A stretch of 64,000 nt of DNA from Octopus vulgaris. Its lineage: Eukaryota. The notes beneath the pieces are model-generated. The model made no database searches. It had not been told where the DNA came from and saw only the letters and a program-made list of their open reading frames with translations. The stretch spans positions 11,966,001 to 12,030,000 of the forward strand of contig OX597831.1 of NCBI GenBank assembly GCA_951406725.2, read 5' to 3'. Positions 27,267-39,249 of the stretch are shown here, in pieces. Both the position numbers and the translations under genes were made by a program. Position 1 is the stretch's first letter; every line of letters begins with the position of its first letter.

Positions 27267-28059
27267 GCGTGTGTGTGTGTGTGTGTGTGCATCTTTGTGT
27301 GTATGTTTCTCCCCACTGCTTGAGAACCAGTGTTGGTGTGTTTACATCTTTGTAACTTAGCAGTTTGGCAGTGGAGACCAGTGGAATAATTACCAGGCTT
27401 TTAAAAAATAAGTACCACGGTCGATACATTCAACTAAAAATCTCTCAAGGCATTGCTCCAGCATGGACACAGTATCATGACTGAAACAAGGAAAAGATAA
27501 AAGAAACTTGTCTAAAGTTCATGAAATCTTTCCAGACATAGGACATAGCTACATGGTTAAGAAGTCTGCTACAAGCCTTGTGGTTTGGGGTTCAGTCCTG
27601 CTACAAGCCAACCAAATCCTTGTAAATGAATTTTGTAGACAGAAACTGAACGAAGCCCAAATAGGAAGATTTTATTGATGAGTTACCTTCTGCATAAAGG
27701 ACATATAGTTAAATGCAAGGTGCCTTTTTAATGTGAGCTGAAAATTATTTTCTGGTTGTTGAAATTATAACTGTATTGAGAAGAGTCATTAGTGCTAATA
27801 AAAATTGCTCCCAAAATGGGGCAAGGGAGAGAACTGTGAAATTTTAATTGTTCAAATATTAAACAGAGTTATGCCTAAAGGGAGAAGTGTGTCGTGGTCT
27901 TTGATATCTATGCTAACGACTCCATTCCTATTTTGGTTTTATCAGTGAAATAAAGACCATTAAATCACTTAAACACTATATTGATTATGGTATGGAAATT
28001 ATTTAGTGATTTGGCTACTTAAAATGATGATACTAGAAAATTTCCCATGGGTTCCTTCT

Positions 28060-28280
28060 GTATACAGAATATATAGCCAAGTGCAGGCTACCATAGTTAA
28101 TGCAGTGAGTCAGAACTGTTAAGAGCATGACAAATTTTTTTGATAACAACCTGCCAACTGTTCCTGGGAGGGTCTTTGGAGTAGAGATCCTCAGGAAGAT
28201 AATCCAACCATCTCATTCTTGGTCTACCCCTACATTTTTAGTCAGTTGGCTCAACTTGAATCTGTTTTGTGATCGTTTCC
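28060..28280 (-). mobile_element. Old RTE-type LINE 3' fragment
   Basis: Minus-strand translation contains CRGRPRMRWLDY. Confidence 0.55.
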
Positions 28281-28284
28281 TGCA

Positions 28285-28642
28285 ATTATTTACAGTATTT
28301 ACATTTGACGGATATTTGTCCTCATCTTCTTTGTTGTTAACATAATATTTTGGCTGATATACCCTCCAGCCTTCATTAGGTGTCTTGGGGAAATTTCGAA
28401 CCTGGGTTCTCATTCCTAAGGCATTTTTTGATGTTATTATTATTCAGGTCACTGCCTGGAATCAAACTCAGAATCTTGGGGCTAGTAGCCCGCACTCTTA
28501 GCCACTATGCCATATGCCCATGGAATGAGAACCCAGGTTTTAAATTTCCCCAAGACACCCGATGAAGGCTGGAGGGTATATCATCAAATATCCATCAAAT
28601 ATAAATAATGTAAATAATTCCTCATCTCTTAAATATAGAACT
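28285..28642. mobile_element. Penelope-like element with inverted terminal segments carrying degenerate hammerheads
   Basis: ccctccagccttcattaggtgtcttggggaaattt..cctgggttctcattcc is mirrored by ggaatgagaacccagg..aaatttccccaagacacccgatgaaggctggaggg. The Penelope assignment is inferred; no coding remnant was seen. Confidence 0.6.
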
Positions 28643-29043
28643 CTACTCTCCTGCAATGTTTTAATCCCACGTCCATGGTAACCAGAGCTGTGACCTCTCA
28701 ATGCAGAGAAATAGTGCCCCTAACAGGAGAGACTCCCCTTATCTCCAAACTACACATCCTGTCAAGAAACCTTGTCCCAGATATCCTTCGTAGGGACCCC
28801 TATTTCAGCCGCTTCTATTCCTGATTGTGTTCTATTGTTTATTACCCAGCATTCATGACTAAAAGGGATCCAAATAATGGCAAAGTTATTTTACCAAATT
28901 ATTTTCAAAAATTAATTGAAGCAAAAACACTTTTTCAATAGAAAAATGATAACAAAATGGGTTAAAAACCAAACCAAACGAGCAACGCATGGGACAATAT
29001 TAATTGGTTTAAGGAGGAATTGGTCAAAATTTTTATTATAAAA

Positions 29044-29441
29044 CTAGCAGTATCGCCCGGCGTTGCTCGGGTTTGTAAGGGAAATAACTATATAAGCATT
29101 TTTAGAGAGTTATAGCCAAAAAATAGCAAAAAAATGTATTAAGAATGGAAAAAAAATTATGGTAAATTTTTTTTTAAATCGTTGACTCATCGTAGACATT
29201 TTTAGAGAGTTACTTCCCTTATGTAATAGCGAAAAAATGCATTAAAATGGAAAAAAATTATGGTAAATTTTTTTTTAAATCGTAGACTCATCGTAGACGC
29301 GCGCTAATACCCAGAAGGGCTCGATATGAATCACGACTATAAGATACCCAGTTTTGGTTAAACTGCACCGCAAAATGTGGGAGTAGTTAGGAATCTAAAT
29401 CGTAGGAGACAGACATACAACCTTTCTTTTATATATAAAGA
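29044..29441 (-). mobile_element. Non-autonomous Helitron
   Basis: CTAGCAGTATCGCCCGGCGTTGCTCGGG at the left end; ..TTTTATATATAAAGA at the right end. Confidence 0.88.
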
Positions 29442-29548
29442 TATGTCTGAAACTAGATTTTTCTGTTACCAACGTCTCAAGAATTTAAATTTTTATTATA
29501 TATTTATTTGTTTCTCTTGGTTTTTTGTTTTTATTTTGCATTTTACAG

Positions 29549-29672
29549 AGACATCACAATTTCAGTAGGCCATCCTGGTTAAATGAAACAGTTTACAGTA
29601 AACTCATTGCTCTTAATACCTTGTCATTTACACTTCTCTTTGGAACCCCTGAAATGGCTCGACTGAAAGGAG
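29549..29672 (+). CDS. ACP2: Acid phosphatase exon 7 (RHHNFSRPSWLNETVYSKLIALNTLSFTLLFGTPEMARLKG+G)
   Basis: ttttacAG acceptor; PxW and ARLxGG motifs; donor GTAAGT, phase 1. Confidence 0.95.
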
Positions 29673-29698
29673 GTAAGTCCATCTTGACTGATATAATA

Positions 29699-29744
<46 letters not shown>

Positions 29745-30798
29745 TGATGAGCTTCTCTGCCCTAGGTGTACAGAAAACACTCGGCGAGAAACGGTAGAAA
29801 ATTTGAAGAAAGAAGGAAAAAAATGATAATTTCTACTATAGGCACAAGGCCTAAAATTTTGAGGGTATTACATTGACCCTAATGCTTAATTGGTTCTTAT
29901 TTCATCAACCCCTAAAAGGAAGGTTAAGGTGACCTCTGTGGAATTTGAATTCAGAATGTAAAAAGATGGACAAAATGCTGCTAAGCATTTTATCTAGTTC
30001 ACCAAAATCTTTGATTATTTTTTTATATTTGATTAGGGGAATCTTTTCCGAAATATAATACAAACATTAAGCAACCTATGTCCTGTAATACAGGATCTTC
30101 TCAGTGTTTCCATTTATAGGCACACATCATGTCTCTTGCTTAACTACTCACCTGCATTATTTAAAGGGTTTTCAAAATAGTTATGCCACAATGAAGAAGG
30201 ACTAGCTTAGTACTTCTGTATTTATATCTTAAAGATATAACAATTGTTGCCATATTAAGAGCATTTTACAAAATAACTTAAAGCAGAGGAAAGAATTTAA
30301 ACATGTCATAGGAAGACCTTACTCTATAACTTAAAGTATGCCATGTCACTATGCAATTTATGGCAGGTTTTCTACAGCCAGATGCCCTTCCTACTATTAG
30401 CTTACACTTGTTTCGAGGCAAGGCGATATTTCTTCATAGCCAGACATGCTTACAACTATCACTTGATGTCAAATCAAAGAGACACAAGCACACATACATG
30501 CACTTACAGACCCACTTGTATTATGTGTATGTATATATGTATGTACATATAGGTGTATATATATATATATACACTCACTTAGATCGCTAGCCACTACACA
30601 TTCTTTATTTTCTCTCCATGTTTCTTTCTGTGTTCTTTTCTGTGGAAGAGCATAGGCTCAAAACGTTAAAGGCTTTTTCACTTCCTGAGCATTTTACTAA
30701 TGCATCTCTTTGTTGTCTTTGGGACCAGTCTTGGAATCATCAATGACTACTTAGAAATTAAGCCTTTCACCAAAATATTCTATTTCTTTAAATTTCAG

Positions 30799-30887
30799 GT
30801 CCTCTACTGAAAACAATGTTGAACAATATGCAGAATAAAATCCACTCAAAACCAGATTTCAAGACAAAACTGTTCATGTATTCAGCT
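30799..30887 (+). CDS. ACP2: Acid phosphatase exon 8 (GPLLKTMLNNMQNKIHSKPDFKTKLFMYSA)
   Basis: tttcAG acceptor; KLxxYSA motif; donor GTGAGT. Confidence 0.95.
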
Positions 30888-32086
30888 GTGAGTAATTTCT
30901 TTTAAATACCAAATTTATTGGGTTTTGCCCAATTCTGTCATTTAACTCGTTACCATTCATAAATAATTGTGTCAAATGTAATCCTTATTTATTCACATTG
31001 TCTTGAATTAATCCCAGGGTTGTCCTGAAATACCACAAGGCATTTCTACCAGCTTTGTTAGTTCACCCCTCATTTTATTAAAGAATAATAAAAGATTGTA
31101 ACCAAGGCATTAGACATCAGATTTCTGAGAGGGATCCAGTTAATTATCTTGATTCTGGTACTTGAGTGCTATTTTATTTTTTAGAACCCAGAAGGATGGA
31201 AGGAAATGTTGGACTTGAGAGGATATGAACTCAGTACATAGAGGGCCGTAAATTAACCCTTTAGCATTTAAACCAGCTGTATTCGGCCTAAAATATTCTG
31301 TGTATTCAAACTGGCAAGATCTACCCTAGAATATGCTTGCTGGCTTGCTTCATGCTCTTACCTAATGAGGCTGGGGTCATTCCAAGTTAGCTGTTCCAGA
31401 GATGCCATCATGCATGGAGCCGATCAGGTCCATCAAGGCTCTCCATCGCTGGCCATCCCTAGAATGTCATTCTCAAAAATAAACAACCACATCAGTAAAA
31501 TCTTGAAGCTATGAGATAATGGTTGGCTAATTCAAAACAATCAGAGGACTCGGAATGATAAAGCACTCAATACTTGTGAAGCATTTTATGCAATGTGCAA
31601 ATGAAACTCCCGAGCTGCTGCCTCTTATTTCTCTTCATCATTTAACATCCATTTTTGTATGCTTGCATCAGTTGGACAGAGTTTATTGATGCAGATTCTT
31701 TTCGGCTGGGTGCTCTTGCTATCACCAACCCTCACAAGCAAACCAACATTTCCTCATGGCCAGACATGTTTTGCAGAATATTGGAAACCACATTGCTTGC
31801 ATAACAATCATTTTACAACTATCTCACTATGTCAAGACAAGGAGACACATGCACACATGCGTGTACGTTCTTACAACAGGCTTCTTTCAGTTTCCATCTA
31901 GCAAGTTCATTGACAAGGCTTTTGGTTGCCTCAGGGCTATAGTAGAAAACATCTTTTGCCCAAGGTGCCACGAAGTGGGACTAAACCTGAAATCACATGG
32001 TTCGAAAGCAAACTTCTTACCACGGGACCTCATCTGCTCCTTTATGTAACAGCTATGTTACCTTTTGATCTCTCTTTGTTTTTCAG

Positions 32087-32279
32087 CATGATAAAACTGT
32101 TGCGGCTTTGAGTCATGCTTTGAAGATCTTCAACCACGTCATGCCGCCTTATGCATCCACATTGATTCTTGAACTTCATCAAAACAAACAGAATAAATAC
32201 TTTGTCCGCATTCTTTACAAAAATACGACAATGGATTTGCACAATTACATGCAGCCACCCGTACCCCTGAAATTAAAAG
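32087..32279 (+). CDS. ACP2: Acid phosphatase exon 9 (HDKTVAALSHALKIFNHVMPPYASTLILELHQNKQNKYFVRILYKNTTMDLHNYMQPPVPLKLK)
   Basis: tttcAG acceptor; catalytic HD; PPYAS..ELH motif; donor GTTAGT, phase 1. Confidence 0.95.
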
Positions 32280-33292
32280 GTTAGTCTATGGCTCTTATAC
32301 TGTTCGTTTTTAATATTCGTTTCATCATCATCATCATCATCATCGTTCAATGTCCGTTCTCCATGCTAGCATGGGTTGGACGGTTCGACCGGGGATCTGG
32401 GATGCCAGAAGGCTGCACCAGGCTCCAGTCTTATCTGGCAATGTTTCTACAGCTGGATGACCTTCCTAACGCCAACCACTCCGTGAGTGTAGTGGGTGCT
32501 TTTTACGTGCCACCCACACAGGTGCCAGACGGAGCTGGCAAACGGCCACAGATGGATGGTGCTTTTTACGTGCCACCGGCACGGGGGCCAGGCGAGGCTG
32601 GCAATGGCCACGATTGGATGGTGTTTTTTACGTGCCACCAGCCATATTTATTATAATAAAGTTATTTTTATTATGTCCAATTAAATTCTTGATTATTTTC
32701 ATATTAATATTCGTTGCAAAAATGAACTCAATGACCTGGCAGAATTGTTACAGCGCTGAGAAAAATGCTTGATGCCATTTTATCCAACTTCATATTTGGA
32801 GTTCAAATAGCTTTGTGGTTGATTTCTACAGTTGAGTGAACTGGAGCGAACACAACATAGAGCCCAGTCTAGGCATCGAACTCACTACCTTGTGGCTTTG
32901 AGCCTGATGCTCTAACCACTGAGCCATGTGCCTTCACATCATCATCATCATCATCATCGAGTGTTTTAAATCCTGGTTTTGTCCCCGTTAACTGGGGTGG
33001 CTGGATCTACCTCAATGCCACAGCAAGTGAGGTAGGCAGTTACAGCCCACCCCAACCTTCGAGCTGGCTGGTACCCCATTCTCCTTTACTATCATGAGGC
33101 TTATCTGGGACTAGATTATCTACGGGGAGCATGCCCTTGCTTATCCCCAACCTCAGTTTCTAGACGTGAGTAGTCACAAGACCAAGGCCTCTACCATGTT
33201 TTTTAAGAAATGGGCTGGAAAACTAGCTCAGGAAGGCAGGAACACTACTTCCTGAGACTCATTTCAAAGCTCCGCTACCTGTAACTATACAT

Positions 33293-33326
<34 letters not shown>

Positions 33327-33652
33327 TCATCATCATCGTTTAACATCCGCTTTCCATGCTAGCATGGGTTCGACGGTTCAACTGGGGACTGGGAAGCCAG
33401 AAGGCTGCACCAGGCCCAGTCTGATCTGGCAGTGTTTCTATGGCTGGATGCCCTTCCTAACGCCAACCACTCTGTGAGTGTAGTGGGTGCTTTTTGCATG
33501 CCACCGGCACAGGTGCCAGATGAGGCTGGCAAATGGCCAAGATCGGATAATGCTTTTTACGTGCCACCGGCACTGGGACCACACGAAGCTGGCAATGGCC
33601 ACGGTCGGATGGTGCTTTTTACGTGACGTATATATATATATGGAAATATGAA

Positions 33653-35298
33653 TCTCTTATTATAAAAGGCAGATTTTATCTGCCTCCCTTTGTCACTTAT
33701 AGAAATCTACAATATAGGATTTCTTCAATTACAATTTACCTAGCATTTTTAAGAGTAGGATGCATCGGGTCATGCCAGGTCCAGTTTTTTAAATTTAAAC
33801 TCCAATTAAGCAAAATTTACAGAAAACTCACATTCTGGTGTGTATGTCAAATGCTTCTCTTAGTGTGGGATACAGCACACGCAAACGCACACACACAGTG
33901 TGCAACGAATAAAGTGAAACTAATTCACTTTCTGTAGTGAGTGACTATTTCACTCTACATTCCCACTTCCACTTTACACACATAGACACGCAAATATATA
34001 AATAAAATTGTAAGCTAACGTGTGTGTGTGAGTGTGTGTGTGTGTGCGTGTGTGTGTGTGTGAGGATGCGTGTGTGTGTGTGCGTGTGCGTGAGTGTGTG
34101 ACAGGAAAGTTTTTTACGACGAATATAAGACCTATATCCAAGTAGCAGAAAGATCGCCCAAAAGTGTATATAGATATTTAAATGTATTTATATATTCATC
34201 TATGCACACATGTATGTATAACGTGTGTGTATATATTTCCATAGAGGTAACCATTCACTCCATACAAAGGGTTTTCGGACGAAAATAAGATCTAAAGTTA
34301 TCTCTAAGAAAAAGAAAGATCGCCCAAAAGTGTATATAGATATTTAAATGTATTTATATATTCATCTATACACAGATGTATGTATAATGTGTGTGTTTAT
34401 ATTTCCATAGAGGTAACCTTTCACTCCATACAAAGTTTTTTAGGACGAAAATATTTATATATAAAAGAAAGGTTGTGTGTCTGTCTACTCCGATTTAGAT
34501 TCCTAACTACTCCCACATTTTGCAATGCAGTTTAACCAAAACCGGGTATCTTATAGTCGTGATTCATATCGAGCCCTTCTGGGTATTAGCGCGCGTCTAC
34601 GATGAGTCTATGATTTTACAAATAATTTACCATCATTTTTTTCCATTTTAATGCATATTTTTTTAAATAAAGGGAAGTAACTCTCAAACTTCACACCAAT
34701 ATGCGTGCTCATATGCGACGTAATATCACATCAGCAGCATTTCCTCACACCCTCCTTGCACTTGGCGAAGGCAAAATACCAGGGGATGAAAATGGTAATA
34801 TTGCCATCGATTCCATTTGTACCATTGTTAAGACGCCTTCTGATCTCAGAGATGCAGTGTTCCCAGATCTACAAGCTAATTATCAGAATATGGATTGGAT
34901 TGGCAAAAAGGCTATACTGGCCCCGAGGAATAAAACTGTTCACCATATTAATGATGAAATGCTAAAACTCATTCCTGGGGAAGTCTATGTATATCAGTCT
35001 ATCGATACAACTCCTGACCCAGAGGACGTCATCAACTATCCAATAGAGGTACTCAATTCCTTTGAGCAACCCGGACTACCACCACACTTTCTCAAACTTA
35101 AAGTTGGTGCCCCTATAATGCTCATCAGAAATTTGGTTCCCCCAAAACAATGCAATGGCACACGTTTTATCATTAAGTCCTTATCTCCCACCGTAAACTT
35201 ATATCAATATTTGCCTGAATAATCATCATAATTCAGTTCAATCATTAACAGTACTTTCAAGCAATTCAGCCCCGAGCAACGCCGGGCAATTCTGCTAG
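33653..35298 (+). mobile_element. Composite Helitron carrying a PIF1-type helicase fragment
   Basis: Starts TC at 33653 after A; ends CCCGAGCAACGCCGGG..CTAG before T; internal second 5' end near 34453; ~168-bp tandem duplication within about 34145-34452. Confidence 0.88.
34740..35195 (+). pseudogene. Fragment of Helitron RepHel PIF1-like SF1 helicase
   Basis: LLALGEG, AILAPRN, YPIEVLNS, GLPPHFLKLKVGAPIMLIRNL..CNGTR; lacks Walker A and Rep domain. Confidence 0.92.
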
Positions 35299-35386
35299 TT
35301 AGAGATAAAACCAATATTATGCCACTCAGTGAGAGACATAAACCAATACATAAATAACAAATACTATAAATATGATTAATATGATA

Positions 35387-38300
35387 TATATATATATATA
35401 TAAAATTTAATTTTTTTATATATAAAATTTTTTTAGTTTTTTATATATAAAATTTTTCTATTTATTAATTTTTTCCATAAATAAAATTTTTTTATTTAAA
35501 ATTTTTTTATATATAAATTTTTTTATTTAAAATTATATATAATTTAAAAAATGTTTTTATAGATAAAATTCTTTTATTTTAAAAAATTTTTTATATATAA
35601 AATTTTATTATTTTTTATTTATATAAATTTTTTATTTTTTTATATATAAAATTTCGTTATTTAAAAATTTTTTTATTTATAATTTTTTAATTTTTTAATT
35701 ATTTTTTTTATATAAATTTTTTTTATTTTGTAATTTTTTAAATATAAAAATTTTATATTTTAATTTTTTTATAAATTAAAAAAAAAATTTTCTTTTATAT
35801 ATAAAATTTTTTCTTTTTAATTTTCTTTTTATATATAAACTTCTTTTATTTTTTATACTTTTTTATATATAATTTTTTTTATTTTTCAATTTTTTGTAAT
35901 ATAAAATATTTTGTTTTTTCATTTTTATATTAAATTTAAAAATTTTTTATATTTAAATCTTTTTTATAAATAAATTTTTTTGTTAATTTTTTATATACAA
36001 ATATTTAAAAATTTTTTTCATATATAAAATTTTTTATTTTTTAATTTATTTTATATACAATTTTTTTATTTTTTATTCATTTTTATATATATATATATAT
36101 TTTTTTTATTTTTGTATATATAATTTTTCAAAAATTCTTTATTTTATAATTTTTTTTAATAAATATTTTTAAAAAAATTTTTTATATATAAATTTTTGAA
36201 TTTTTTTCATATATAAATTTTTTTTTTTTTTTTTATATATATATTTTTTTATTTTTATTTTTTATTATATATAAATTTTGATTTAATTTTTAAATTTTTT
36301 TTCATATAAATTTTTATAAAAGTTTTTTTTATATATAAATTTAAAAATTTTTTATATATAAAATTTTTTTTATATTTTAAATTTTTTTTCATATATAAAT
36401 TTTTTTTTTACCTTTCTTATTTTTTATTATATATAAATTTGAACAAATTTTTTGATATATAAATGTTTTTTTCTTTTTTAATTTTTTATATATAATTTTT
36501 TTAAAAATTTATTTTTTTATTTTTGATAAAGAAATTTCAAAAATAATTTTTTTAAATATAAATTTCTTTATTTTTGAATTTTTGAATTTTATATATTTAT
36601 TTATATATATTTTTTTTTTAATATTTTATTTTTATTTTTTTTATATAAAATATTTTTATTTTTTTATTTTTTTTATATATGGTTTTTTTCTTTTGAATAT
36701 AAAAGTTTTATTTTTATTTTTTATTATATATATTTTTATATTTTTTTATATATACCAATTTAAAAAAAAATTTTTTTCCTATATAATTTTTTTTTTATAT
36801 ATAAATTTTTTTATAAATTTTTTATATATAAATTTGTTTTTTTCATATATGAAATTTTTTTATTTTTTTATTCTTTTTATATATAATTTTTTTTATTTTA
36901 TTATATATAATTTTTCAAAATTTTAAAATTTTTTTTCATTTTTTGTTAATAATGGTTTTTAAAAAAATTTTTTTGTATATAAATTTTTTAATTTTTGAAT
37001 TATTTTTACTATATAATTTTCTTTATTATTTTATTTTTTATCATTATATAATTTTTTTTTATATATAAACTTTTTTTATATTTAAACTTTTTTTATATAG
37101 AATTCTTATACATTAATTTTTTTATTTTATTTTTTTTTCATATATAAAATTTTTTTTTTTTTAATTTTTTTCATATATAAATTTTTTTTTTTTATTTTTT
37201 TATATTTAATTTTTTATTTTCAATTTAAAAAAACAATTTTTTTATATATAATTTTTTTATTATTTATTTTTTGTATATATAATTTTTACAAAAATGTTTC
37301 TCATATATAAATTTAAAAAAATTTTCTTTATTTATAAAATTTTTTATTTTTTCTATATATAATTTTTTTTGTATTGTTTAATTTTTATACATAAAATTTT
37401 TGATTTTTAAATTTTTTCTGTATATAATTTTTATATTTTTAAATTTTTTTTCATATATTAATTTTTTTCTATTTTTAATTTTCTTTATATATAAAATTTT
37501 AGCTTTTTTTATTTTTCATATATAATTTAAAAAAAATTTTATTTTATTTTTTTTGAAAATTTTTTTTTAAATCTTTTTTTTTTATATTTTTTTTAATTTT
37601 TTTTATATATAAAGTTTTTTATTTTTTTGATATTTTTTCATATATAAATTTTTTTGTTTTTAATTTTTTTATATATAATTTTTTTTTTATATAAATTTTT
37701 TTATTTTTTTATATTTTTTCATATATAAATTTTTTGAAAATTTGTTTTTATTTGAAATTTTTTTTTATTTAAAATTTTTTTTTTTAATTTATTTTATATA
37801 TAAATTTTTTTATTTTTTGTATATATAATTTTTACAAAAATTTTTCTCATTATAATTTAAAAAAAATTTTCAATTTTTTTATATATAAATTTTTTTTTAT
37901 TGTTTAATTTTTATACATAAAATTTTTGATTTTTAAATTTTTTCTGTATTTATAATTTTTATATTTTTAAATTTTTTTTCATATATTAATTTTTTTCTAT
38001 TTTTAATTTTTTTATATATAAAATTTTTTTTATTTTTCATATTTTTAAAAAAATTTTATTTATTTTTTTCATGAAATTTTTTTTTTAAATTTTTTTTTTT
38101 TTTTTTTTAATTTTTTTATATATAAAATTTTTTATTTTTTTGATTTTTTTCATATATAAATTTTTTTTTTTTTTTTAATTTTTTTATATATAAATTTTGT
38201 TTCTATATAAATTTTTTTATTTTTTTTTGATATTTTTTCATATATAAATTTTTGTATAAAATTTTTTTGTTTTAATTTTTTTATATAAAATTTTTTGTTT

Positions 38301-38747
38301 TTTAATTTATTTTATATTCAAAATTCTTTTTCATATATAAAATTTTTTTTTTTGTAATTTTTCTTATATATAAATTTTTTTTATTTTCTAATTTTTTTAT
38401 AAAATCTCTTTTTTTTAATTTCTGTTATATATAAGAATTTTTACTTTTTTCATATATAAAATTTTTTTGTTTTTTATTTTTTCAATTATATAGTTTTTTT
38501 ATATATAACATTTTTTAATTTTAAATTTTATTTTGATATATAAATTTTTTTATTTTGTAATTTTCTTTTATATATAAAGTTTTTCACTTGTTTTATATAT
38601 AAAATTTTTCCTGTTTTTTAATTTTTTCAAATATATATAATTTATTTTTTATTATATATAATTTTTTTTATATATAAATTTTTTAATTTTTAATTTTTTT
38701 TTATTTTCCATATATAAATTTTTTAATTTTTTAATTTTGTTATTTAT
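35387..38747. repeat. ~3.3-kb almost pure AT degenerate minisatellite (T-run / ATATATAAA / T-run units)
   Basis: Direct reading; T-rich plus strand; internal near-duplication about 37270-37560 vs 37815-38080. Confidence 0.9.
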
Positions 38748-38906
38748 TATATTAATTATATTTATATTATTTGCTATTTATGTATTTATGTCTCTCAGTT
38801 TCATAATAGTGGTTTCATCTCTAATTCATATTTTATATATTTATACTGTGAAATTTGATTTGATACTAAATCAGATTTTTCCCTGTAAGTTTGGAGCTAT
38901 ACTCTC

Positions 38907-38948
<42 letters not shown>

Positions 38949-39249
38949 TATATGGCAACGGCCACGCTCAAATGGTGCTTTTTATTTTCCACCTGCATAT
39001 ATGTGTGTGTATATGTGTGTGTCTGTGTCTGTTCCTTCCCCTCCACTTGTCAACCAGCGTTGGTGTGTTTACATCCCCATGACTTACCAATTCGGCAAAT
39101 GAGACTGACAGAATAAGTATCAAGCTTAACAAAATTAAGTACTGCAGTTAATCCATTCGACTAAAGATTCTTCAAGGTGGTGCCCCAGCATGGCCACAAA
39201 CGACTGAAACAAGATATGTATGTATGTATACACATACATACATATACAT

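Noticed and set aside
34701-35222. Host PIF1 helicase gene
   Set aside because: Partial domain bounded by Helitron termini, with no further exons.
36582-36926. F/I/Y-rich ORF resembling an organellar membrane protein or NUMT
   Set aside because: Low-complexity AT tract with no conserved motif.
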